Below, piece after piece: positions 1 through 7,319 of a stretch of 40,357 bases of DNA. A program made the translations under genes and the position numbers. The notes below the pieces were generated by a model, which had not been told where the DNA came from, did no database searches, and worked only from the letters and a program-made list of their open reading frames with translations. The DNA comes from a virus (Duplodnaviria; Caudoviricetes). Each line of letters starts with the position of its first letter. The stretch's first letter is position 1. The stretch spans positions 1-40,357 of the IMG/VR virus record IMGVR_UViG_3300006879_000007. One strand, written 5' to 3'.

Positions 1-28
1 CAAATGCTATGTGTACCATTTGCGAACA
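1..28. repeat. Left att junction: core CAAATGCTATG (1-11) plus attP arm ATGTGTACCATTTGCGAACA (9-28)
   Basis: 1-11 is identical to 40347-40357; 9-28 is an 18/20 inverted match to 40325-40344; abuts the integrase stop codon. Confidence 0.9.
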
Positions 29-39
29 GAAAACAAACG

Positions 40-1557
40 TTACCCTAAATCAAAGTTATATTTAATATCTGTAGCTCCGTCTTCATGAACAACTATGTGA
101 TCGATCAATACGTTTAAAGCATGATAGATATCTTGTTCCTTTTTTTCAACAGTAGCAAATGCTTGTTGGGTATCTTTTATGGAAACCTGACTAATCTCTT
201 CCTTATTATATAGGAACAACTTATCTTGTGCATCTTGAATCCTTTGATCAAATTCATTTCTTTTCTCTTCAAATTCAACCTTGTTGATTAATTTCTCTAA
301 ATATAAATCGACCAATCCACTTTTTTTACTCTCAAATTCTTCAATAGATTTTTTCAGCTTTGTTAGCTGCTGCTTTTTATGCTTACCAAAAGCTTTGTCA
401 AAATCTAAAGCAACTTCTTTTCCTGTCTTTATAAGCCGGTCTACTATGAAATCACGAAACTCTTCATATCGAATTGGCACATGATTAACACATAAGCTCT
501 TGCCACCACGGCGGTAAGCACTACATTTTAAATAACGCCACCTTGTTTTACTTCCGTCTTTTTTCTTTCGCCAGGACTGCATAATAATCATGTTGGATCC
601 GCACTTCCCACATCTTAAAAGTCCTCTAAATTCATTCCATGGAGATATTTTCTTTTTCTTATTTATCACGGGTTTGTTATTTGCTTTTTCCCATTCCTCT
701 TTCTTAACAATACCGGGATGTTGATCTTCAAATATAACCCACTTTTCTTCTGGGTTCCGTATTTGTTTCTTTTTACCATCAATTTTAATAGTTGTATATT
801 GATTCAAAATGAAAGTTCCGCAAAATGTAGGATTCTTTATTATTCTTTGGACAGTCGTGACTTGCCATGCGCCTCTGGACTTTGGTGGCAGAAACTCTCC
901 ATCAGCAACTCCTTTGTTTAGCATGTTGGCAATCGACTTAAAACCAAATCCCTCATTATACCATTTGTAAATTTGTCTTATTACCGCAGCCTCATCATCT
1001 TTGATAACTAATTTCTGATCAATACGATCATAACCATAAGGCACTTTTCCAATATGTTCACCACGTCTTACTTTAGCTGCAAGAACAGAACTAATAGATA
1101 CCGATATTGATTTAGGTAGTTGCGCAGCAAACATGGAATACATCTCGAATTTCATATCATTCTTGCCTTCTATCTGACTATCATAACCTTCTTCAATCGT
1201 CACAACCCGGACACCATGACCAAGCAATACTTCTTTGATTTCCAAGGCATCCTTGAGGTCCCTAGCTAATCTATGGATTGACTTAAATATAACCATTTGT
1301 ACTTCTCGATTGCGGGCTTTCCGTAAAATCAATTGCAATGCCGCACGTTCCAAGAATAATGTTCCTGATTTATCTTCATCTTTTAAGATTGATTGCTCAT
1401 TCCACTCATAATGATTCTGCTCAATCCAATAGCGACAAATATCAATTTGGTTCGAAACGGAATCCTTTTGGCTATCCTTACCACTGGAAACACGGGCGTA
1501 TATTATATAGGGATAATCCCTATATTTAACTTCTTCAACTTCAGTTTTTTTGAACAT
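40..1557 (-). CDS. Large serine recombinase (integrase)
   Basis: YARVSS catalytic motif, resolvase domain, PYGY recombinase domain, CxxC...C...C zinc ribbon, coiled coil; next to att. Confidence 0.95.
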   Translation of the reverse strand: MFKKTEVEEVKYRDYPYIIYARVSSGKDSQKDSVSNQIDICRYWIEQNHYEWNEQSILKDEDKSGTLFLERAALQLILRKARNREVQMVIFKSIHRLARDLKDALEIKEVLLGHGVRVVTIEEGYDSQIEGKNDMKFEMYSMFAAQLPKSISVSISSVLAAKVRRGEHIGKVPYGYDRIDQKLVIKDDEAAVIRQIYKWYNEGFGFKSIANMLNKGVADGEFLPPKSRGAWQVTTVQRIIKNPTFCGTFILNQYTTIKIDGKKKQIRNPEEKWVIFEDQHPGIVKKEEWEKANNKPVINKKKKISPWNEFRGLLRCGKCGSNMIIMQSWRKKKDGSKTRWRYLKCSAYRRGGKSLCVNHVPIRYEEFRDFIVDRLIKTGKEVALDFDKAFGKHKKQQLTKLKKSIEEFESKKSGLVDLYLEKLINKVEFEEKRNEFDQRIQDAQDKLFLYNKEEISQVSIKDTQQAFATVEKKEQDIYHALNVLIDHIVVHEDGATDIKYNFDLG

Positions 1558-1595
1558 AATCGTACCCCCTGTTCGTTAATGATATGTATGACTGT

Positions 1596-1626
1596 ATTAT
1601 ACATCATATGTAAGTACATTTGTTCT
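1596..1626 (-). promoter_or_regulatory. Imperfect LexA (SOS) box GAAC-AAAT-GTAC and a TATAAT -10 upstream of the integrase
   Basis: One mismatch to the Bacillus GAAC-N4-GTTC box at 1614-1625; TATAAT at 1596-1601 on the minus strand; no clear -35. Confidence 0.45.
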
Positions 1627-1634
1627 TAAAAGTA

Positions 1635-1663
1635 AAAAAAGAAAGGATCGTCTCCTTCCTTTT
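1635..1663 (-). terminator. Probable intrinsic terminator after the Replic_Relax gene
   Basis: GGAAGGA-gacga-TCCTTTC followed by a T tract on the minus strand. Confidence 0.55.
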
Positions 1664-2325
1664 TATCCTATTTTAAATTTTATTCCAGACTGCTTATTTA
1701 CTTCTTGTTTTGAAGCAAAGTAATTCTTTTTATGTTGTTCCCCTATTGACCCTTTCAAGTTATTCATAAATTCATCAATAGAAGCAACCTGAAACACTGT
1801 TATAGCATCAGAATTAATTTCATATCTGGAATCCGTAACCATAATCACAAAAGGGAACTTTGCTTCGTTAAATTCATCCGAATACTTCAAGGCCTCATAT
1901 CGCTTTATCTTCTGATCCATTACCTTTTGTGAATATAAATTTCGCTGCACTTCGATGAAAAACGGTGTACCTTTAATCACAGTTAATGCATCCGGCTCTG
2001 CCAATCCTTTGTCAAACTTGGGTTCAACAATAAAATCATGTGGAGTGTAGTAGTGTTTTATTGGTTTGTGGACTTCAACTATTTTTAAAAAATGTGGTAT
2101 TTTAGTAGAGTTTCTTTTTACAATAGACCCAGCTGGAAAATAAACGAATGGACTGAACGACCTGCTGACTTCAATTTGCTTATCTCTGACAAGTCTTTTT
2201 AATACTGTATTGGCATTAGTGACTGGATTTTTTAAATGAGAGAAATACAAATCTATAATGTCATTCCTGCTCATGCATCGGAATCGCTCAAGATCAGCAA
2301 TAATCTGCTTATCACGTTTACTCAT
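1663..2325 (-). CDS. Replication-relaxation (Replic_Relax) family protein: wHTH plus PD-(D/E)xK-like domain
   Basis: N-terminal 'RDKQIIADLERFRCMSR...LKRL' wHTH-like segment; 'EPDA...FFIEVQ' nuclease-like motif; overlaps the FtsK gene. Confidence 0.8.
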   Translation of the reverse strand: MSKRDKQIIADLERFRCMSRNDIIDLYFSHLKNPVTNANTVLKRLVRDKQIEVSRSFSPFVYFPAGSIVKRNSTKIPHFLKIVEVHKPIKHYYTPHDFIVEPKFDKGLAEPDALTVIKGTPFFIEVQRNLYSQKVMDQKIKRYEALKYSDEFNEAKFPFVIMVTDSRYEINSDAITVFQVASIDEFMNNLKGSIGEQHKKNYFASKQEVNKQSGIKFKIG

Positions 2326-3517
2326 GGAACAGCCCCCTTAACTCTGCATATTCATCTTCCTGCTGTGGTTCATTTTCAACTGTCTTATTTTCTTTCTTGT
2401 ATGGCTGTAACAACTTTTTAGCTTTATCGTTGTGTAGCCATGGGCACTGTATTTCCTGCAATGATGAATTGATTTTCAGTAGCATTCTTCCAGGATTGTT
2501 TAATTTTTCTGATCCGGGTGTACCGATGATTTTTGAGTTCGTGCTATCGGCTGTCATAAAGCCCATGCGTACAGTAAGATTAACCTTTAATTTCCCATCT
2601 AAAAGTTTGGCATCAGGTCTTTGCATGGAAAGGATGATGAATACCCCTAATGAGCGACCAATGGATGATATTTCTTCTAAAATATCCATGATATCAGTTT
2701 CCTTTTTTAATAGAACAACCTCATCAATACAGACAACAATGTAAGGCAGTTTCTCTTTTAATTTATCAACAGAATTGACACCTGCAGCATCTAATTTATT
2801 TCCACGTTTGGACATTTCTTTCTTTACCTTTTTAAGATATGGGCGCAATTCATCTGCCGAATGACAAACACCTTCCACATGCCTAATTTGCTTGAAGATG
2901 TGAAACTCCGATCGCTTTAAGTCACCTAGTATAAACTTTAGTTCATCCGGCTGCTTTAACCTAATCAACGTTGTTAATATACTTCTTATTTCGGATGATT
3001 TACCGGATCCTGTTTCACCACTGATTAAAATATGTGGATGTTTTACTAAATCAAATGCATGTATATTACCTTCAAGGTTTTGACCGCATGTAATAGGCAA
3101 ATTTAAGTCTTGTGTTGATTCAATTACGTTATCATAGCGATAGATAAACTTTGATGGTAGGCCTTTAGGATAAACTTTCAAGACTGCCTTAGATACATCG
3201 ACATCAAGATCAATATACTTGCCAAAATGCTGTTTAAATACAAATGACTGTTTAATAAATGTTTCCGGATCTAAGCCCTTTGGGACTGTAAACACAAATG
3301 TTAATCGTTCCGGTTTATTATCCACTTTTAATAACCCTGGGTAAATTTCTTTTTTATCAATCTTTTTATAAAGGTCAGCATTCGCAAAAGCTTGATAAAG
3401 ATTTTTGACCAATTTCTTTTTAGCAACCCGTTTCCTCATAAAAATTTCTTCAAATAATGGAATTGCGCTATAGGCTACTGAACCACCCACCAAAGACCAA
3501 CCTATTAGTGTTAACAA
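2318..3517 (-). CDS. FtsK/SpoIIIE-family ATPase with N-terminal membrane anchor
   Basis: PHILISGETGSGKS Walker A, VVCIDE Walker B, GRSLG, SMQRP; hydrophobic N-terminus. Confidence 0.92.
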   Translation of the reverse strand: MLTLIGWSLVGGSVAYSAIPLFEEIFMRKRVAKKKLVKNLYQAFANADLYKKIDKKEIYPGLLKVDNKPERLTFVFTVPKGLDPETFIKQSFVFKQHFGKYIDLDVDVSKAVLKVYPKGLPSKFIYRYDNVIESTQDLNLPITCGQNLEGNIHAFDLVKHPHILISGETGSGKSSEIRSILTTLIRLKQPDELKFILGDLKRSEFHIFKQIRHVEGVCHSADELRPYLKKVKKEMSKRGNKLDAAGVNSVDKLKEKLPYIVVCIDEVVLLKKETDIMDILEEISSIGRSLGVFIILSMQRPDAKLLDGKLKVNLTVRMGFMTADSTNSKIIGTPGSEKLNNPGRMLLKINSSLQEIQCPWLHNDKAKKLLQPYKKENKTVENEPQQEDEYAELRGLFHE

Positions 3518-3663
3518 ATAACCACCTCTTTATACATGATTTACCACATTTAATATTCAGAATATTTTATATCCCCCTCGCACACCCCCTTTCAGCCTCA
3601 CTCCACTTCGTTCCGTTTTAAACACTTTTTCTAATTCTTATGTTTTATGGCTTTCAAGCTTAA

Positions 3664-3749
3664 TTACCTTTGTAGGGGTACTTTGATAGATACTTTTGTA
3701 GTTACCTTTGTAATTGCTTTGGTAGGTACTTTGGTAGCTGCCTTTGTAG
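3664..3749. repeat. Seven degenerate 12-bp tandem repeats (consensus about NTACYTTKGTAG)
   Basis: ttacctttgtag-(gg)-gtactttgatag-atacttttgtag-ttacctttgtaa-ttgctttggtag-gtactttggtag-ctgcctttgtag. Confidence 0.85.
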
Positions 3750-3750
3750 A

Positions 3751-3779
3751 ATTGTATGCAAGAAGAGAAATAATATTGC
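3751..3779 (-). promoter_or_regulatory. Putative sporulation-sigma (sigmaE-like) promoter for the FtsK operon
   Basis: GCAATATT-N13-CATACAAT on the minus strand; -10 matches the sigmaE consensus, spacing is slightly short. Confidence 0.45.
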
Positions 3780-3848
3780 CTGTCCTAGGAAATTAAATTT
3801 CTTAAAGGGATTTTAATGCCTTTGTGGAATTAATAAATAGGTGATCAA

Positions 3849-4064
3849 ATGGATGATAATTTAAAATGTAATATAGAGGAATTAGTTATAAAAAGTGGTT
3901 TGCAAAAGAAGTTTATTGCGGATAAATTAAAAGTTAGTGTGAAGCAATTTAGAAATTATGAAACCGGAAAAAGTTTTATACCGATTGATAAGGCATTTAA
4001 GTTAGCTGCATTATTGAAATGTAAGGTGGATGATCTGTATACGATGGAAGAAGAGGAAGCATAA
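3849..4064 (+). CDS. XRE-family HTH regulator, divergent from the FtsK operon
   Basis: 'GLQKKFIADKLKVSVKQFRNYETGKSFIP' HTH pattern; GGTGA RBS; sigmaH-like AAAGGGATT-N11-GTGGAAT upstream. Confidence 0.85.
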   Translation: MDDNLKCNIEELVIKSGLQKKFIADKLKVSVKQFRNYETGKSFIPIDKAFKLAALLKCKVDDLYTMEEEEA

Positions 4065-4100
4065 AAAAAGGCTGGCACCACTAAACAGCAGCGCTCGCCT

Positions 4101-4328
4101 TTAATCTAATGAAGGATCATAAAGACCAGATTGTATCCCGGATAACAACGATGTGATGTACCCACGTAATCTATCACAGGGGTGATCTTGGAGATCATTC
4201 AAGCTACGTTTTATTGCCCCGTTTTTGTCCCCGATGATTATAAGGTAAATCTCATCATCTTCGTTATATGTTGATACTAACTTATACTCGCCACATTCGG
4301 ATTGTGGTGGTAATTTCCATTCCATCAA
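4101..4328 (-). CDS. Hypothetical protein
   Basis: ORF co-oriented directly after the yolD-like gene with a purine-rich RBS. Confidence 0.6.
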   Translation of the reverse strand: MMEWKLPPQSECGEYKLVSTYNEDDEIYLIIIGDKNGAIKRSLNDLQDHPCDRLRGYITSLLSGIQSGLYDPSLD

Positions 4329-4346
4329 ATCACTTCCATGTAAATA

Positions 4347-4667
4347 TCATAATATTTCTACATCTATTATATCATTTACAGGAAGTTTTTCCACTTTTTC
4401 TAGCCTTAAATACCCATTTAGTGAATCAATCATCAATACTTTATCCTTAATCTTATGAAAATCATGATGCCTAAAATACTCAATCTCTATAGTTAAATCA
4501 TTTTGTATAGCTATTTGTAGCTTTAAATCAATTTCAACCTTCTGCTGATCGTCCAGGATTGGCTTTTCCTTATATTCTTGTTCTGCAAATACCTGTTTTA
4601 ATGCCTTTACATGTTCTGGCAACATGATTGATGACCACTTTTTCGTACCTCTGTCGTTTACTTCCAT
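4347..4667 (-). CDS. yolD: YolD-like protein
   Basis: 'DRGTKKWSSIMLPEHVKAL...KPILD' signature. Confidence 0.88.
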   Translation of the reverse strand: MEVNDRGTKKWSSIMLPEHVKALKQVFAEQEYKEKPILDDQQKVEIDLKLQIAIQNDLTIEIEYFRHHDFHKIKDKVLMIDSLNGYLRLEKVEKLPVNDIIDVEIL

Positions 4668-4888
4668 TATGCACCCATCCTTTTATTAGATGGTCCCGCC
4701 GAAAGAATATTATCCAACTTAAATGTCCTTACCTTTTTGCGCCAATAGCAATATGCAATGATAGTATTTTTATTAATACGGATTACTCTTATGTAACGCT
4801 GTGTAACGTTGCCGGCACTGTCCATATAAAAGATCATGATTTTTTCGTTTTGTTGCAAGGAGCGATTAAGAATAATATCCATCTGCAA
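4667..4888 (-). CDS. Small stand-alone WYL-like domain protein
   Basis: 'IFYMDSAGNVTQRYI...AYCYWRKKVRTFKLDNI' matches the WYL pattern. Confidence 0.75.
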   Translation of the reverse strand: MQMDIILNRSLQQNEKIMIFYMDSAGNVTQRYIRVIRINKNTIIAYCYWRKKVRTFKLDNILSAGPSNKRMGA

Positions 4889-4901
4889 GACCGCCTTTCA
4901 A

Positions 4902-4944
4902 GATCGTTTGTTCTCATTGTAATGTATGGAACAATTGTTTGCAA
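4902..4944 (-). promoter_or_regulatory. SigmaA promoter TTGCAA-N17-TACAAT overlapped by two LexA-like boxes
   Basis: Boxes GAAC-AAAC-GATC (4902-4913, minus) and GAAC-AATT-GTTT (4929-4940); upstream of the WYL/YolD genes. Confidence 0.75.
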
Positions 4945-4983
4945 GTGGTAAATTCTAGATTAGGTGCCACCTAGCCGATGAGT

Positions 4984-5012
4984 GTATAACACAAGCTGTA
5001 ATGCACATACTA
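4984..5012 (+). promoter_or_regulatory. SigmaG-like promoter GTATA-N17-CATACTA
   Basis: Near-consensus forespore sigmaG elements; no ORF before the next terminator. Confidence 0.55.
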
Positions 5013-5040
5013 TAAATGCCTCTATTTCCAGACTTACATA

Positions 5041-5069
5041 AGCCGCCACATTGTGACGGCTCTTTTTTT
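5041..5069 (+). terminator. Intrinsic terminator hairpin with the T tract on the plus strand; may also end the lysin mRNA
   Basis: AGCCGCCACA-T-TGTGACGGCT-C-T7. Confidence 0.75.
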
Positions 5070-6186
5070 ATTTGACTCTTAACTTTTGGCCAATTTGGAT
5101 GGAATTGACATCAGACAAGTTGTTCCATTTTTTAATCTGATTTTGAGTTACTTTATTCTTTTGCGCCAAATGCGATACGGTATCTCCACTTTTAACCGTA
5201 TGATATTTTTTATTTGTTTTATTTTTGGATGCAGACCCACTAAGTTTTATTTTCTGGCCTGCATAAACCTTACTAGCGTCTTTAATGTTATTTAGATTTT
5301 GTAAAGCCTTAGTGGTTGTATTGTTTTTAGAAGCTATTTCACTTAAAGTATCTCCGGATTTAATTGTATAAGTTCCACTGCTAGAACTTGTACCACCTTT
5401 TAAATTAAGTGTTTGTCCAACTTTTATGAGATCAGGATTGCTAATATTATTTAGGTCTTGCAGCTTTTTGGTAGTTGTACCAGCCCTACTTGCAATACCA
5501 CTTAGCGTATCACCCGACTTCACTTTATAAGTGCTACCAGTAACTTTATTGCTCGTGGCATTATTGCTTGACGGTTTCTTTTTAGTAGTCTGTCCATCCG
5601 TAAAATAAGATAATGATTTACTACTGATAATGCGGTTTAAGTCAAGGTTAGCGTTATATCCATTTAAACGACCTCTATCTGTATACTGATGCAAGTCACA
5701 AGCATAGTCTGGTTTACTATTAGGTTTTCCGTTATTTTTACCATAGTGAGGAATCCATACAGCATCAGCTTCGCTTAAATTTAAATTAAATGTTTTATAC
5801 AAGTGATGGCCAACATAGATCCCTACTTTCTTAGCACCTAATGAGCGTAATTTATTTAAAAATGCACTTGCACCTTTCCGCATATTAGACATGGATTTTT
5901 CTTCTACGTCTAAAAACCAAAATGTAGGATTAAATTCTTTTGTGCGGTTGTAAAAATCGGTAGCTTCTTTTTCCATGTCACTAACGCTAACTCCGCGAAT
6001 CCATGCATAAGCGGCAGTAGGTACTCCTCGTTTTTGAAATTCTTTGTGGTGCGTTTTATAGTGCCTGTCTAATGTTCTAGAACCGTATTGGGTACGGATG
6101 ATTGCTAAGTCAACCTGTTTGGCCAGCTTGTCATAGTTAATTGCACTCGGTACTTGGTGATGTGAAATATCAATAATATATCCCAT
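5068..6186 (-). CDS. Endolysin: GH25 muramidase plus three LysM domains
   Basis: 'IIDISHHQ', 'FLDVEE', 'HQYT...DLN' GH25 motifs; three '[11 protein letters not shown]'-type LysM repeats. Confidence 0.95.
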   Translation of the reverse strand: MGYIIDISHHQVPSAINYDKLAKQVDLAIIRTQYGSRTLDRHYKTHHKEFQKRGVPTAAYAWIRGVSVSDMEKEATDFYNRTKEFNPTFWFLDVEEKSMSNMRKGASAFLNKLRSLGAKKVGIYVGHHLYKTFNLNLSEADAVWIPHYGKNNGKPNSKPDYACDLHQYTDRGRLNGYNANLDLNRIISSKSLSYFTDGQTTKKKPSSNNATSNKVTGSTYKVKSGDTLSGIASRAGTTTKKLQDLNNISNPDLIKVGQTLNLKGGTSSSSGTYTIKSGDTLSEIASKNNTTTKALQNLNNIKDASKVYAGQKIKLSGSASKNKTNKKYHTVKSGDTVSHLAQKNKVTQNQIKKWNNLSDVNSIQIGQKLRVK

Positions 6187-6234
6187 TATTTATCGTCTCC
6201 CTTTAAATTTTTATATTAAAAAAGAGCAACGAAA

Positions 6235-6492
6235 TCAATCGCGCTCTTTTCCTTGTTTAAATAACTCATGGCCAAAAACGGCCGCACCAGATACCAAGAT
6301 GCCTTGGATAAACGAATCCACATTTAATCCGAGCATCGCAACAGTAATGACTACACCGATAATTAATAAAGTGTACGGTATCAGCCAATCTTTAAACCGT
6401 GGCGTGTCCTTAATTATTTTCCCCAAAATTAAAAGCACTGGAATGACGACCAGTGCTTGCTCGACAATATATTCATTTAATATTTCGTTCAT
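6235..6492 (-). CDS. Holin
   Basis: 85 aa with 2-3 hydrophobic segments, 'WLIP...QGILVSGAAV'; directly upstream of the lysin. Confidence 0.85.
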   Translation of the reverse strand: MNEILNEYIVEQALVVIPVLLILGKIIKDTPRFKDWLIPYTLLIIGVVITVAMLGLNVDSFIQGILVSGAAVFGHELFKQGKERD

Positions 6493-6493
6493 C

Positions 6494-6811
6494 TTACATT
6501 CCTCCTATTTTTTTATTTGGATCTAATGAATCTATCCGTTTATGTGCCTGCTTAGACGATTCTTCAAGCCGTGTAACTCGCTGGCTAATTTTGTTTACTT
6601 CTTTTTCGTTCGTCCTCAAATCGATTCTAATATTGTCTACTCCATTACTAATATTATCTAGTTTGGTTTCAATCACAGCATCTCGTGATGCATCGTTTTT
6701 AAGACTTTCTTGTTGTTTAGTCTGATGCTTTTGCTTGTTTAATTGATAGCCAAGTACCCCGACAATCAAAGAGGAAATCGTTAATAAAATACCTAATTCG
6801 ACAGACATCAT
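6494..6811 (-). CDS. Lysis-cassette membrane protein (N-terminal TM plus coiled coil)
   Basis: TM segment, then 'IETKLDNI...RVTRLEESSKQAHKRID'; start moved to the ATG after AGGGG. Confidence 0.7.
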   Translation of the reverse strand: MMSVELGILLTISSLIVGVLGYQLNKQKHQTKQQESLKNDASRDAVIETKLDNISNGVDNIRIDLRTNEKEVNKISQRVTRLEESSKQAHKRIDSLDPNKKIGGM

Positions 6812-6869
6812 CGACCCCCTAACAAATGTTTCTATTTTATTGCATGAAAAAAGCACCCCGATGGGATGC

Positions 6870-7064
6870 TCAAATGATTTTGAATGATATTACTTTTATA
6901 TCTTGGAATAATATCCCTGTATCTCTTGCTATTACAGTTTGAAATTCTTCTGCCAATTTGTCTTCATCATCGTCCTCTGTATATTCCCCATCCAAATAGA
7001 CATCAACATACTTAGTAATCATTTCTTTTAGCGATCCATGTATAAATTTAACCCTAAACCACAT
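6870..7064 (-). CDS. Small acidic hypothetical protein (moron)
   Basis: GGAGGGG RBS before the ATG at 7064; own promoter (7090-7116) and terminator (6847-6871). Confidence 0.7.
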   Translation of the reverse strand: MWFRVKFIHGSLKEMITKYVDVYLDGEYTEDDDEDKLAEEFQTVIARDTGILFQDIKVISFKII

Positions 7065-7089
7065 AACTGTCTCCCCTCCTGTCTGCCAT

Positions 7090-7116
7090 ATTCGACAAAA
7101 GGAGATAAAATCCTGC
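7090..7116 (-). promoter_or_regulatory. SigmaH-type promoter GCAGGATTT-N11-GTCGAAT
   Basis: Matches the B. subtilis sigmaH consensus RNAGGAWWW-N11/12-RNNGAAT. Confidence 0.7.
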
Positions 7117-7118
7117 AT

Positions 7119-7319
7119 TTAATTACTATCTTCTGCTACATCATCCTCAGATGCCGGCTTTATATTCTTCAAATCAATTCGAGAATAAACATTGTCACCA
7201 ATAGCAATTGCTTCAATGTCAGTATCATTTCTTTTCTCAGCCATATCTTCTGCATTGTAATCTTCAACTTCTACAATATCCTCGTCAATTCCACTGTGCG
7301 TAGTTATTTTTAGTTTCAT
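7119..7319 (-). CDS. Small acidic tail-associated protein (possible spike chaperone)
   Basis: Translationally coupled (TAATG) to the tail spike gene. Confidence 0.7.
   Translation of the reverse strand: MKLKITTHSGIDEDIVEVEDYNAEDMAEKRNDTDIEAIAIGDNVYSRIDLKNIKPASEDDVAEDSN

Noticed and set aside
3520-3600. G-rich RBS-like tracts in the FtsK leader suggesting a small upstream gene
   Set aside because: No suitably spaced start codon or open frame found
3664-3749. Repeat array as a CRISPR
   Set aside because: 12-bp tandem units with no unique spacers and no cas genes
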